Assembly (NCBI GenBank): GCA_028284705.1
Contig: JANQRE010000009.1
Coordinates: 1,600 to 65,599 of the forward strand
DNA from: Paracoccaceae bacterium
GTDB lineage: Bacteria; Pseudomonadota; Alphaproteobacteria; Rhodobacterales; Rhodobacteraceae
Reading direction: 5' to 3'
DNA length: 64,000 nucleotides
The notes under the pieces are model-generated. The model ran no database searches. It was not told where the DNA came from and saw nothing but the letters and a program-made list of their open reading frames with translations. Positions 28,073-38,012 of the stretch are shown here, piece by piece. Numbering within the stretch: position 1 is the first letter of the stretch; each line of letters starts with the position of its first letter. A program made the translations under genes and the position numbers.

Positions 28073-29848
28073 TCAGAAATTCGCGGCTTCAAGCGCCATG
28101 ACAGTGTCTGCACCGCTTTCGATCCGCGCCAGATGCATGCCCGTCGCCGGCAATTGACGCGCCATGTAATAGCGGGCTGTGTTCAGCTTGGTTTCGTAGA
28201 ACGTGGTGTCCGACGTCCCACCTGCCAGCGCGTCGAGCGAGGCTTTCGCCATGCGCGCCCACATCAGGCCGAGGCAAACATGCCCCATCATGTGCATGAA
28301 GTCATAAGAGCCTGCCAAAGCGTTGTTGGGGTTCTTCATGCCATTCTGCATGAAATACATCCCCGCCGCTTGCAGGTCTTTTGACGCTTTCTTCAACGGT
28401 TCAACGAATTCCGACATGCCGTCCACTTCGCCGTTCTCCTTGCAGAAGGTCTTCACCATCTCGAAGAAGGCCATGACATGCTTGCCGCCATCCTGCGACA
28501 GCTTGCGGCCCACAAGGTCAAGCGCCTGAACGCCATTAGCCCCTTCGTAGATCATCGCAATCCGTGCATCGCGGGCAAATTGGGACATGCCCCATTCCTC
28601 GATATAGCCATGGCCGCCATAGACCTGTTGCGCGGCCGTGGCGTATTCAAAGCCCTTGTCGGTCAGGAAGCCCTTGATGACCGGGGTCATCAGATCCATC
28701 AGCCCATCGGCATCTTTGTCAGAGTTCTTATGTGCCCGGTCGATCAGCGACGCGCCCCAGAGCACGAATGCCCGTGCGCCTTCGACAAAACTCTTTTGAT
28801 CCATAAGGTTACGGCGAATATCGGGATGCACGATCAGCGGATCAGCAGGCCCGTCAGGGTTCTTCACACCCGTCACATCGCGCCCCTGCAGACGGTCATT
28901 GGCGTACCAAAGCGCGTTCTCGTAGGCGACGGCCGCTTGGGCGTAGCCTTGCAGGCCCACACCCAGACGCGCTTCGTTCATCATCGTGAACATCGCGCGC
29001 ATGCCTTTGTGCTCTTCGCCGACCAGATAGCCCGTGGCCTCATCATAATTCATCACACAGGTCGAATTGCCGTGGATACCCATCTTCTCTTCGATCTTGC
29101 CGACCGCAACACCGTTGCGTGCGCCCAGCGAGCCATCGTCGTTCACAAGGAATTTCGGCACGATGAAGAGGGACACACCTTTTATGCCTTCAGGACCACC
29201 GGTGATTTTCGCCAGCACCAGATGGATGATGTTGTCGGCCATGTCGTGCTCACCAGCGGAGATAAAAATCTTCTGACCGGAGATTTTGTAGGTCCCGTCA
29301 CCCTGCGGTTCGGCCTTTGTGCGCATCATGCCTAAATCCGTGCCCGCATGGGGTTCGGTCAGGTTCATTGTGCCGGTCCATTCGCAGGAGACCATCTTCG
29401 GAAGGTACTTTTGCTTCTGCTCTTCCGAGCCATGCGCATGGATCGCCGAATAGGCGCCATGGGTCAGGCCCTGATACATGTTGAAGGCCATATTTGCGGA
29501 GACGAACATCTCGCCCACCGCCGTGCCCATCAGATAGGGCAGCCCTTGGCCGCCATAATCCGGGTCACAGTCCAGTGCGGTCCAGCCACCCTCTTTCATC
29601 TGATCGAAAGCTTCTTTGAATCCGGTCGGTGTGCGCACGACGCCGTTCTCCAAAACACACCCTTCCGTGTCACCCACGACGTTCAAAGGCTGCAGAACTT
29701 CGGTCGCGATCTTCCCGGCCTCCTCCAGGATCGCGGAGGTGAAATCGGCATCCAGGTCTTCATAGCCAGGGATGTCCTGCTCGGTGATTTTCAGCATGTC
29801 ATGCAGCACGAACTGCATGTCTTTGGTGGGGGCGGTATAGGTGGGCAT
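28073..29848 (-). CDS. Long-type acyl-CoA dehydrogenase (about 590 aa, with C-terminal extension domain)
   Basis: 591 aa. The ACAD N, middle and C domains are present ([25 protein letters not shown]), followed by about 150 extra C-terminal residues. Confidence 0.85.
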   Translation of the reverse strand: MPTYTAPTKDMQFVLHDMLKITEQDIPGYEDLDADFTSAILEEAGKIATEVLQPLNVVGDTEGCVLENGVVRTPTGFKEAFDQMKEGGWTALDCDPDYGGQGLPYLMGTAVGEMFVSANMAFNMYQGLTHGAYSAIHAHGSEEQKQKYLPKMVSCEWTGTMNLTEPHAGTDLGMMRTKAEPQGDGTYKISGQKIFISAGEHDMADNIIHLVLAKITGGPEGIKGVSLFIVPKFLVNDDGSLGARNGVAVGKIEEKMGIHGNSTCVMNYDEATGYLVGEEHKGMRAMFTMMNEARLGVGLQGYAQAAVAYENALWYANDRLQGRDVTGVKNPDGPADPLIVHPDIRRNLMDQKSFVEGARAFVLWGASLIDRAHKNSDKDADGLMDLMTPVIKGFLTDKGFEYATAAQQVYGGHGYIEEWGMSQFARDARIAMIYEGANGVQALDLVGRKLSQDGGKHVMAFFEMVKTFCKENGEVDGMSEFVEPLKKASKDLQAAGMYFMQNGMKNPNNALAGSYDFMHMMGHVCLGLMWARMAKASLDALAGGTSDTTFYETKLNTARYYMARQLPATGMHLARIESGADTVMALEAANF

Positions 29849-29875
29849 CGGGAACTCCGGTGTCGTAAGGTCTTG

Positions 29876-30280
29876 TTATTCTGCTGCTTTTTGCGGATTG
29901 TTGAGGGACGCGATCATCTTCTCGCCCCACCGCATCTGTTCTTCGAGATCGGCAATGGCCGTGTTCAGCTCATCGCGCTGACGCACCATATCGGCGAGCC
30001 GCTCCTGCGCGATTTCATAGGTCTTTGTCAGCTGTGTCACTTGCTGATCGCCGATGTAATACATGTCGAGCAGCTGGCGGATTTCTTCGAGCGAGAACCC
30101 GAAGCGCTTGCCGCGCAGGATCAGTTTCAGCCGCGCGCGATCGCGTTTGGTGAACAGGCGCTTCTGGCCATCCCGGATCGGGAACAGAAGCTCCTTGGCT
30201 TCATAAAACCGCAAGGTGCGCGGGGTCACCCCGAATGCATCGCACATCTCGCGGATGGTCATGGTTTCTTCGGTCATCAT
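29876..30280 (-). CDS. MerR family transcriptional regulator
   Basis: 134 aa with HTH TIREMCDAFGVTPRTLRFYE and a C-terminal coiled coil. It lies 27 nt upstream of the acyl-CoA dehydrogenase. Confidence 0.85.
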   Translation of the reverse strand: MMTEETMTIREMCDAFGVTPRTLRFYEAKELLFPIRDGQKRLFTKRDRARLKLILRGKRFGFSLEEIRQLLDMYYIGDQQVTQLTKTYEIAQERLADMVRQRDELNTAIADLEEQMRWGEKMIASLNNPQKAAE

Positions 30281-30346
30281 AGCGTGCCCTCTGTGACTAG
30301 AGTCAGCGTCGAGATCAGGTTACTTGATCTTTCTTACAAGCTTAAG

Positions 30347-30394
30347 TGACGTTTACGTAATTATAACGTTACGTCAAAATAAGGTTGACGTGAA
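30347..30394. promoter_or_regulatory. Cluster of ACGT-core half-sites (candidate MerR operator/promoter) in an AT-rich intergenic region
   Basis: The sequence is TGACGT-TTACGTAA-TTAT-AACGTT-ACGTCA (30347-30376) plus TTGACGTG (30385-30392). TGACGT and ACGTCA are exact inverted copies, and TTACGTAA and AACGTT are self-palindromes. A minus-strand TATAAT lies at 30360-30365. Confidence 0.45.
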
Positions 30395-30446
30395 TTCAAC
30401 TTAGGGAAAGCAGCATTTCCAGCAGAATTCTGCCCAACTTTTGGGC

Positions 30447-30815
30447 TCAGAGCCCCTCGGCGACATGATCGCGCAAGGCCTGCAACTCGGTGATGGCTTC
30501 CTCGATCTGCTCCTTGCGGGAGACAAGTTCCGCCATCTGTGCATCCGCCAGTTCGATCCATTTCTCCATCTGAACACGCCCCTCGGGGTCTTCGTCATAG
30601 AGCTCCAGCCACTGCCGGATATCTTCCAGCGAGAAGCCGAATTTGCGCCCACGCATGATCAGTTTCATACGCGCGATTTCGCGGGGACGGTAGAAGCGGG
30701 AGCGCCCTTCGCGTTCAGGCGCAAGTAGCTCGATATATTCGTAATATCGGAGTGTCCGGGGTGTTACATCGAACTCTGCACACATCTCTTTGAATGTCAG
30801 ACGGGTCTCGGACAC
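30447..30815 (-). CDS. MerR family transcriptional regulator (paralogue of 29876..30280)
   Basis: 122 aa. TFKEMCAEFDVTPRTLRYYE and MRGRKFGFSLEDIRQWLELY parallel the neighbouring MerR (LRGKRFGFSLEEIRQLLDMY). Confidence 0.85.
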   Translation of the reverse strand: MSETRLTFKEMCAEFDVTPRTLRYYEYIELLAPEREGRSRFYRPREIARMKLIMRGRKFGFSLEDIRQWLELYDEDPEGRVQMEKWIELADAQMAELVSRKEQIEEAITELQALRDHVAEGL

Positions 30816-30962
30816 GGGCGCAAAAACCTGAACTAAGGATGGGCTAGTATTGCGGAATTAACCAAATTTGTGAAGGTCTGAGTGCTTTGGGCCATGACTT
30901 CGCGCTTGCAGGGGCGCAGGCGAGAGGAAATAGTCGAGACCTGACAAGGAGATGTCTGGATT

Positions 30963-31394
30963 TTGACCGAAGACAAGAAAACCAAGCTGGCCAAACAGTT
31001 TATCGAGGCACTGCCGCATTCGAAAGCACTGGGCATGGAGTTCGAAGCCATCGGCGATGGGTTCGCTGAAATTTCAATGCCATGGGACGCGCGTTTCGTC
31101 GGCGATCCCGAGACCGGCGTGATCCATGGTGGGGCGGTCTCGGCCCTTATGGACACTTGCGGTGGGGCGGCGGTGATGAGCCATCCGCAATCGGCGCAGG
31201 GCACCGCGACCATCGATCTGCGCATCGACTACATGCGCGCGGCAACGCCGGGCCAGCGCATCCGTGCGCGAGCGGATGTGTATCACGTGACGCGCTCGGT
31301 TGCATTCGTGAAAGCCTCCGCCCATGACGATGACCCCGAGAACCCGGTAGCCGCCGCCACCGGTGCCTTCACCTTTCAGATGGCGACATCATGA
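30963..31394 (+). CDS. PaaI/hotdog-fold acyl-CoA thioesterase
   Basis: 143 aa with a TTG start. The motif IHGGAVSALMDTCGG is typical of PaaI-type thioesterases. Confidence 0.75.
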   Translation: MTEDKKTKLAKQFIEALPHSKALGMEFEAIGDGFAEISMPWDARFVGDPETGVIHGGAVSALMDTCGGAAVMSHPQSAQGTATIDLRIDYMRAATPGQRIRARADVYHVTRSVAFVKASAHDDDPENPVAAATGAFTFQMATS

Positions 31395-31888
31395 AGCGGC
31401 CCGAACCGGTGCAGGTCGTCAAATCGCGACGTGATGCGGCCCTGACCAAGCTTTATTCCGGTGTGCCTTACGTGCAGTTTCTCGGTGTGCAGTTTGACCG
31501 GCGTGGTGACGAGTTGACAGCGGTCTTGCCCTATGACGAAAAACTCATCGGCAACCCAATCCTGCCAGCCCTCCATGGCGGTGCGATTGCGGCATTTCTG
31601 GAGACTGCAGCGGTGATCGAGCTGACCTGGGCGTCGCTCTGGGAACAGCTTGAGGCGGGCGATGTCGATCCGGAGACGATGAACACGCCGCGTATGCCCA
31701 AAACCATCGATTTCACGGTGGATTATCTGCGCTCCGGATTGCCCCGCGACGCCTATGCACGCGCACGCGTGAACCGCTCCGGGCGGCGCTATGCCAGCGT
31801 GCATGTGGAAGCCTGGCAGGACAATCGCAACCGTCTCTTTGCACAAGCCACGGGTCATTTTCTGATGCCGCCCCGTGACGATGGCTGA
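31391..31888 (+). CDS. PaaI/hotdog-fold thioesterase (second copy)
   Basis: 165 aa with motif LHGGAIAAFLETAA. It overlaps the previous gene by 4 nt. Confidence 0.7.
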   Translation: MKRPEPVQVVKSRRDAALTKLYSGVPYVQFLGVQFDRRGDELTAVLPYDEKLIGNPILPALHGGAIAAFLETAAVIELTWASLWEQLEAGDVDPETMNTPRMPKTIDFTVDYLRSGLPRDAYARARVNRSGRRYASVHVEAWQDNRNRLFAQATGHFLMPPRDDG

Positions 31889-33206
31889 GGTCGCTCCCGC
31901 GCCGATCACGCACCGGCGCGTGTTGAAAATTGCAGGTCCCATCGTGCTTTCCAACGCCACGGTGCCGATCCTCGGTGCCGTCGACGTGGGCGTTGTCGGC
32001 CAGATCGGCGAGGCGGCACCCATCGGCGCTGTTGCCATGGGCGCGATCATCCTGACGACGATCTATTGGATCTTCGGGTTCCTGCGCATGGGCACGGTCG
32101 GCATGGTCGGTCAGGCCGAGGGGGCAGGGGACAAGGCTGAGGTTTCGGCGCTTCTCACCCGCGCGCTGATCATCGCCGGCGCGGGCGGCCTTCTCTTGAT
32201 CCTTCTGCAACCGCTCATCTTCTGGGCGGCGTTCGAGTTGTCACCCGCCACGGAGGAGGTCGAAAGCCTCGCCCGCGACTACCTATTCATCCGCATCTGG
32301 TCGGCCCCCTTCGCCATCGCCGTCTATGCCTTGACCGGCTGGCTCGTGGCGATGGAGCGCAGCACAGGCGTCTTCTGGGTGCAACTCGTGATGAACGGCA
32401 TCAACATCATCCTCGATTTCGTCTTCGTGCTCGGCTTCGGCTGGGGCGTGCAAGGTGTGGCCATTGCCACTGTGATTGCCGAGGTGAGCGGCGCGGCGCT
32501 GGGTCTCTATCTCTGCCGTGCGGCCTTCGCGCGGCCCGATTGGCGCGATTGGGCACGGGTTTTTGATCGCGTGCGCGTCATCTCGATGATGCTCGTCAAT
32601 CTCGATATCCTGATCCGCTCCGCGCTTCTAATGATCATCTTTTCAAGCTTTGTCTTTCTGGGCGCGAGCTTCGGTGATGTGACCCTGGCGGCGAACGAGG
32701 TGCTGATCCAGTTCATGTATATCACCGCTTACGCCATGGACGGCTTCGCCTTCGCCGCCGAGACCCTGATCGCCCGTGCCTATGGTCGTCGCGACCGCGC
32801 CCGCGTGCGCCGCAGCGCGTTGATGACCAGCTTCTGGGCGGCTGTGGTCTGCGGGTCGATGTCGCTCTTCTTTGCGCTGGCAGGCCCCTGGCTCATCGAT
32901 CTGATGGCCAAGGCGCCGGATGTTCAGGCGGAGGGGCGGGAGTATCTCTGGTACATGGTCGCCGCCCCGCTGATCGGCTGTGCGGCGTGGATCCTCGATG
33001 GCATCTTCATCGGCGCTACCCGCGGGCGCGACATGCGCAACATGATGGCGATATCCTTCGTGGTCTACTGGCTGGCGATCTGGCTCCTCATGCCATGGCT
33101 CGGCAATCACGGGCTCTGGCTGGCGCTGCTCATCTCCTTCGCGGCGCGCGGGATCACTTTAGGCTCCCGCTACCCCGCCTTGGAACGCGCTGCGGAAGCC
33201 CGCTAA
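31875..33206 (+). CDS. MATE family efflux transporter
   Basis: 443 aa with about 12 hydrophobic helices. The N-terminus LKIAGPIVLSNATVPILGAVD is typical of MATE/DinF. Confidence 0.85.
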   Translation: MTMAEVAPAPITHRRVLKIAGPIVLSNATVPILGAVDVGVVGQIGEAAPIGAVAMGAIILTTIYWIFGFLRMGTVGMVGQAEGAGDKAEVSALLTRALIIAGAGGLLLILLQPLIFWAAFELSPATEEVESLARDYLFIRIWSAPFAIAVYALTGWLVAMERSTGVFWVQLVMNGINIILDFVFVLGFGWGVQGVAIATVIAEVSGAALGLYLCRAAFARPDWRDWARVFDRVRVISMMLVNLDILIRSALLMIIFSSFVFLGASFGDVTLAANEVLIQFMYITAYAMDGFAFAAETLIARAYGRRDRARVRRSALMTSFWAAVVCGSMSLFFALAGPWLIDLMAKAPDVQAEGREYLWYMVAAPLIGCAAWILDGIFIGATRGRDMRNMMAISFVVYWLAIWLLMPWLGNHGLWLALLISFAARGITLGSRYPALERAAEAR

Positions 33207-33544
33207 AGCAACTCGCGCACCGCTTCGGGCGGACGCCCGATCACCGCTTTGTCGTCTTTGAAGACAATGGGCCGCTCGATCAGGATCGGATGCGCGACCA
33301 TGGCGTCCAGTAATGCGTCCTCGCCTGCATCCTTCAATCCCAACTCCTTGAAGACTTTCTCACCCTTGCGCACTAAGCCCGAGACCGGCAGCCCAAGCGC
33401 GTCCCGCGCAGCTGCGATCTCCGCACGTGAGGGCGCGTCTTCGAGATATTTGCGGATCGTAAACGGCTGACCGCTCTCTTCCAGGATCGCCAGGGTTTGC
33501 CGCGACTTCGAGCAGCGCGGATTGTGCCAGATAGTCAGACTCAT
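33203..33544 (-). CDS. arsC: ArsC-family arsenate reductase (glutaredoxin-type fold)
   Basis: 113 aa with motifs [11 protein letters not shown] and ILIERPIV. Confidence 0.8.
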   Translation of the reverse strand: MSLTIWHNPRCSKSRQTLAILEESGQPFTIRKYLEDAPSRAEIAAARDALGLPVSGLVRKGEKVFKELGLKDAGEDALLDAMVAHPILIERPIVFKDDKAVIGRPPEAVRELL

Positions 33545-34596
33545 GTGTATTGATCCTTCTCGATCCCAACAGCCTCGGCGACATGCGCAAACCCGTCGCG
33601 TTCCAGCAGCTTGTCCAACCCCTCGGCGATGCGATAGCCGAGCGAAATGCCGTCATAAACCATCGCGGTATAAAGCTGCACGGCAGAGGCCCCGGCTTTG
33701 ATCTTCTTATAGGCATGCTCCGCCGTCGCCACACCGCCGACACCGATCAGCGGCAAATCGGTCAGCCGCGAAAGCCGTGCGAGCACCCGGGTTGATTTCT
33801 TAAACAGCGGCTGCCCCGAAAGCCCGCCCGCTTCGCCCCTATGCCGCGAGCGCAGACCTTCGCGCGCCAGCGTCGTGTTGGTCGCGATGATGCCGTCGAT
33901 CCTGGTTGCAGCGGCGACTTCGGCGATATCCTCTACCTCTGCATCAGATAGATCCGGCGCGATCTTGAGAAAGATTGGGCACATGAAATCCTGCATCTCG
34001 CGCACCGTCACAACACCTCCCAGAAGCTCGGTCAGCGCCTCCTTGCCTTGTAGATCGCGCAGTTTCTCGGTGTTGGGCGATGAGACATTCACGGTCGCGA
34101 AATCGATGAATTCACCCGCGTGGCGTAGCACTGTGGCGAAATCCTCCGCCTTGTCCTTGCTGTCCTTATTCGCCCCGAGGTTCAGCCCAATCGGCACCGA
34201 GCGGTCATGATATTCCAGCCGCGCCGCAATCGCGTCGACGCCTTCATTGTTGAAGCCAAAGCGATTGATCGCCGCGCGATCCCGCGTCAGGCGAAAGAGC
34301 CGCGGCTTCGGGTTCCCCGGTTGCGGTTTTGGCGTCGCAGCGCCCACTTCCAGAAACCCAAACCCGGCTTTCGAGAGCGGTTTGATGGCTTCGGCATTCT
34401 TGTCAAACCCGGCCGCCAACCCAATCGGGTTCTGCAACTCCAACCCGGCGAGGCGCACCACTAGGCGAGATGAGCGCACCGGTCCCCCGTAATGCGGCGC
34501 AAAACCTGATTTCAGCGCCGTCAGGGCCACCCGATGCGCACGCTCGGGGTCCAACAAACGCATCGCCCGCAAGGCCAGTTTTTCGTACTGGCTCAC
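33541..34596 (-). CDS. pyrD: Dihydroorotate dehydrogenase (quinone), class 2
   Basis: 351 aa with motifs [21 protein letters not shown] and IGVGG. Confidence 0.92.
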   Translation of the reverse strand: MSQYEKLALRAMRLLDPERAHRVALTALKSGFAPHYGGPVRSSRLVVRLAGLELQNPIGLAAGFDKNAEAIKPLSKAGFGFLEVGAATPKPQPGNPKPRLFRLTRDRAAINRFGFNNEGVDAIAARLEYHDRSVPIGLNLGANKDSKDKAEDFATVLRHAGEFIDFATVNVSSPNTEKLRDLQGKEALTELLGGVVTVREMQDFMCPIFLKIAPDLSDAEVEDIAEVAAATRIDGIIATNTTLAREGLRSRHRGEAGGLSGQPLFKKSTRVLARLSRLTDLPLIGVGGVATAEHAYKKIKAGASAVQLYTAMVYDGISLGYRIAEGLDKLLERDGFAHVAEAVGIEKDQYT

Positions 34597-34931
34597 GTCG
34601 GCGCCCCGGAGAAATCATGCGCTTGTCCATTCCAAGGCAACTCCGCATGCCCCGAGACTTCTGAGAGCATCCAGTCGCGATAAAGGTGCGGAAACTCCGC
34701 GCCGCCCCGCGACACTTCCCATTTCAGCGCGGCGCCCAGAGCGATGTCTTCGCCCCAGACAAGACATAAATCCTCGCGGCCCGCAAAATGCTTGGCGGCG
34801 GTCTCGACCATCTGCTCGGCGGTGGAGAAATGGATGAACCCATCCGCCAGATCGACCGGCGATCCGGTGAATTTCCCCTCCGCCTCAAATGCGGCCCATT
34901 CCTCTTTCGACATGATTTTGTAGATCAGCAT
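34593..34931 (-). CDS. DUF952 domain protein
   Basis: The start at [12 protein letters not shown] is preceded by GGGAGAG. The motifs DGFIHFS and FPHLY are typical of DUF952. Confidence 0.75.
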   Translation of the reverse strand: MLIYKIMSKEEWAAFEAEGKFTGSPVDLADGFIHFSTAEQMVETAAKHFAGREDLCLVWGEDIALGAALKWEVSRGGAEFPHLYRDWMLSEVSGHAELPWNGQAHDFSGAPT

Positions 34932-35072
34932 GCGCTCTCCCATGCCAACTGCCCAAAACATGGTCAAGTCACGGCGATGTCACAGCCTGACGCTAGGTCG
35001 CCTAAGGAACCGTTTTGACTCGGGCGAACCTTCGCGTCACTCTCTCGCAATGACCAACAAGGGGGATTTCAA

Positions 35073-36653
35073 ATGCACAACCGATTCCTGACATCCGTCG
35101 CGGCCCTGGCCCTGACCACAGGCATGGCGTCTGCCGATTACACACTCAACATTATCCATATCAATGACCTGCACAGCCGGATCGAACCGATCAACCGGTT
35201 CGACTCGACCTGCTCTCCGGATGACAACGCCGCCGGTGAGTGCTTCGGCGGTGTCGCGCGCGTTGCGACCAAGATAGCTGAGCTTCGCGCGCAGCTTGAA
35301 GGCCAGAATGTCGTCGTGCTCGATGCGGGCGACCAGTATCAGGGCTCACTCATGTACACGACCTACAAAGGCGAGGTCGAAGCCGAGATGATGGGCAAGA
35401 TCGGCTTTGACGCCATGGCCGTTGGCAACCACGAATTTGATGATGGCGACGAAGGTCTTGCCAAGCTCGCCGATGCCGTCAGCTTCCCGGTGATCTCGGG
35501 TAATATCGATGTAAGCCAGTCAAACGTCTTGGCCGGTAAGATTGACAATCACACCGTAATTGAGATCGGCGGGCAGAAAATTGGCATCGTCTCCGCGCTG
35601 GCCGTCGACACGGTGGAGACATCCTCCCCATCACAAGCGGTGATCTTCACCGATGAGATCGAAAGCCTTCAGGGCGATGTAGCAACGCTGGAAGGCGAGG
35701 GGGTCAACAAGATCATCGCGCTCACCCATGTGGGCGTCAGCAAGGACATGGAAATCGCTGGAGCCGTTGACGGCGTCGACGTTGTCGTCGGCGGCCATTC
35801 CCACACACTGTTCTCGAACACCGAAGCGGGCGCGATGGCCTATCCGACCATGGTTGGTGACACACCCGTGGTGCAGGCTTATGCCTATTCGAAATATGTG
35901 GGCCTTCTGACCGTGACCTTCGATGACAATGGCGAGGTTGTCAGCGCGACTGGCGATACCATTTTGCTCGATGCCTCCGTTGAAGAGGACGCAGAGATCG
36001 CCGCCCGCGTGGCCGAACTCGCTGGACCTATCGAAGAAATGAAAAACCGGGTTGTCGCCGAAACCGCCGAGCCCATTGAAGGCTCGCGCGAAGTCTGCCG
36101 GGCCGAGGAATGCCCGATGGGCAATCTGGTCGCCGAGGCGATGCTGGATCGCGTGAAAGACCAAGGCGTAACGATCGCTTTCCAGAACGGCGGGGGCCTG
36201 CGTGCTTCGATCGATGCCGGCGAGGTCACAATGGGCGAGGTGCTGACGGTGCTGCCGTTCCAGAACACGCTTTCGACCTTTGAAATCTCGGGACAGGGCC
36301 TCATCGACGCGCTTGAAAACGGCGTTAGCCAGGTGGAGGACGGCGCGGGCCGCTTCCCGCAGGTCGCGGGCATGAAGTTCACCTGGGATCCGGCCAAGTC
36401 GCCCGATGAGGGGCGGATCGTTGAGGTGATGGTGGCCGATGGTGACGGTTTCGCACCGATTGATCCCGCCGCGACCTATAGCGTTGTCACAAACAACTAC
36501 GTGCGCAATGGCGGTGACGGCTACAGAATGTTCTCCGGCGACGACAAGAACGCCTATGATTTCGGGCCGGACCTTGCGGACGTGCTGGCTGAGTACATGG
36601 CTGCACAAGGGCCGGTGTCGCCCATGATCGACGGCCGTATCTCGAAGAAATAG
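35073..36653 (+). CDS. Bifunctional 5'-nucleotidase / UDP-sugar hydrolase-like metallophosphoesterase (secreted)
   Basis: 526 aa with a signal peptide. Metallophosphatase motifs are NDLHS, GDQYQG and GNHEFD, and a C-terminal 5'-nucleotidase domain is present. Confidence 0.88.
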   Translation: MHNRFLTSVAALALTTGMASADYTLNIIHINDLHSRIEPINRFDSTCSPDDNAAGECFGGVARVATKIAELRAQLEGQNVVVLDAGDQYQGSLMYTTYKGEVEAEMMGKIGFDAMAVGNHEFDDGDEGLAKLADAVSFPVISGNIDVSQSNVLAGKIDNHTVIEIGGQKIGIVSALAVDTVETSSPSQAVIFTDEIESLQGDVATLEGEGVNKIIALTHVGVSKDMEIAGAVDGVDVVVGGHSHTLFSNTEAGAMAYPTMVGDTPVVQAYAYSKYVGLLTVTFDDNGEVVSATGDTILLDASVEEDAEIAARVAELAGPIEEMKNRVVAETAEPIEGSREVCRAEECPMGNLVAEAMLDRVKDQGVTIAFQNGGGLRASIDAGEVTMGEVLTVLPFQNTLSTFEISGQGLIDALENGVSQVEDGAGRFPQVAGMKFTWDPAKSPDEGRIVEVMVADGDGFAPIDPAATYSVVTNNYVRNGGDGYRMFSGDDKNAYDFGPDLADVLAEYMAAQGPVSPMIDGRISKK

Positions 36654-36686
36654 GGGGCTTTCGCCAGACTTCGTCTGAGCGACCCG

Positions 36687-36712
36687 GCCGGGGGAAGCAT
36701 GCTTCCCCCGGC
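36687..36712 (+). terminator. Perfect 26-nt GC palindrome downstream of the 5'-nucleotidase gene
   Basis: GCCGGGGGAAGCA|TGCTTCCCCCGGC lies 34 nt after the stop. There is no clear T-tract. Confidence 0.5.
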
Positions 36713-36759
36713 GAACACTCTAAAACCAACCCTCGAGTTTCAAGAGCGACGGAGCCCAC

Positions 36760-37443
36760 ATGTGTGGTCGGTTTGTTCTGCTGCCGAAGATGCAGGTCGA
36801 TGATAAGGATGACGCGGTCCTTGAACCGTTCGAGGCGCGGGCTGCCAACGATCTCCCCGACCTGCCGAACTACAATATCTGTCCGACCGACCAGATCCAC
36901 GCGGTTATCAGCTCAGAAGGCGTGCGCCACATCATTTCGATGCGTTGGGGTTTCATTCCGCATTGGTACAAGACGCCCGATGGCGGACCGCTCCTGATCA
37001 ACGCACGCAGCGAGACAATTGCCAAGAAACCAGCCTTTTCGAGCGCCGCCCGGCAGCGGCGATGCCTTATACCGGCCACGGGGTTTTATGAATGGACCAA
37101 GGACGCCGACGGGAAGCGCTTGCCGTGGTATATCCATCGCGCGGATCACAAGCCGATTGTCTTTGCGGGCGTTTGGCAGCGCTGGGAGAGGGACGGTGAG
37201 AGCCATTCCACCTGCGCCATCGTCACGACCGGTGCAAATCGAAAAATGCAGGCGATCCATCATCGTCAACCGGTGACCCTTGAGCCGGAGGCCTATGCGC
37301 TTTGGTTGGGAGAGGCGGGCCATGGCGCGGCGACGTTGATGACAGCCGCCCCCGAGGACGCGCTCGTCTTTCATCGTGTCGGTGCGGAGGTAAATTCGAA
37401 CCGCGCTGCGGGGCCGGACCTGATCGAACCGGTTGAGGCATAG
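36760..37443 (+). CDS. SOS-response-associated peptidase (SRAP/YedK family, abasic-site sensor)
   Basis: 227 aa with the N-terminal MCGRF catalytic Cys2 signature and FYEW. Confidence 0.88.
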   Translation: MCGRFVLLPKMQVDDKDDAVLEPFEARAANDLPDLPNYNICPTDQIHAVISSEGVRHIISMRWGFIPHWYKTPDGGPLLINARSETIAKKPAFSSAARQRRCLIPATGFYEWTKDADGKRLPWYIHRADHKPIVFAGVWQRWERDGESHSTCAIVTTGANRKMQAIHHRQPVTLEPEAYALWLGEAGHGAATLMTAAPEDALVFHRVGAEVNSNRAAGPDLIEPVEA

Positions 37444-37446
37444 AAG

Positions 37447-37472
37447 AAGCCGCACCCAAATGGATGCGGCTT
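37447..37472. terminator. Hairpin between convergent genes (bidirectional terminator candidate)
   Basis: AAGCCGCA-(10 nt)-TGCGGCTT, followed by T on the plus strand. It sits between the stops at 37443 and 37499. Confidence 0.55.
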
Positions 37473-37498
37473 TCAAGCGTCAAAGGTGACGCGAATTC

Positions 37499-37876
37499 TT
37501 AGTTCGTGGTCTCGCCGTCGCCAGACAGTTCGAAGCACTCAGGCGGCTCACCGGTGTGAACGTCACCAAACGCGCCTTTGAGCTCTTCGTTGTAGGTCGA
37601 CTCAAAGCAAGCTTGCATCTCGTTCGCCACAGTGAAGATAACCTCTGCACCCGGCTCAATCGGGCCAGTGGTCCAGCTTCCGTCATCGGCGGTTGCGTCA
37701 TGCGTGGTCTCGTCATCATTGATGATGCGGATCGTATCGCCTGGCGCTGCCAGCATCACCGGCGGGAAGAAGACACCACCTTTGATGGTGATGGTTTTCT
37801 CAAGCGTGAAGTCTGCGTAAGCGCCCCCGGTGCTCAGAACTGCGAGGGCCGCAGCAAATGTAGCCAATTTGCGCAT
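37499..37876 (-). CDS. Secreted cupredoxin-like protein
   Basis: 125 aa with signal peptide MRKLATFAAALAVLSTGGAYA. The segment FFPPVMLAAPGDTIRIINDDETTHD resembles pseudoazurin/amicyanin strands. Only one Cys-containing loop (ACFES) is visible and there is no downstream His/Met pair. Confidence 0.45.
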   Translation of the reverse strand: MRKLATFAAALAVLSTGGAYADFTLEKTITIKGGVFFPPVMLAAPGDTIRIINDDETTHDATADDGSWTTGPIEPGAEVIFTVANEMQACFESTYNEELKGAFGDVHTGEPPECFELSGDGETTN

Positions 37877-38012
37877 GTCGGTATCCTTACCTTTACCAAG
37901 GGACGCATCTCGCGCCCGAAACTCATTAAGATTTGACCGAAAAAAGGGGCAAGACTGTGGCAGCGGGCAGGCAATTGCGTGCCAATCGGTTCAAATTTGG
38001 AAACAATACCAG

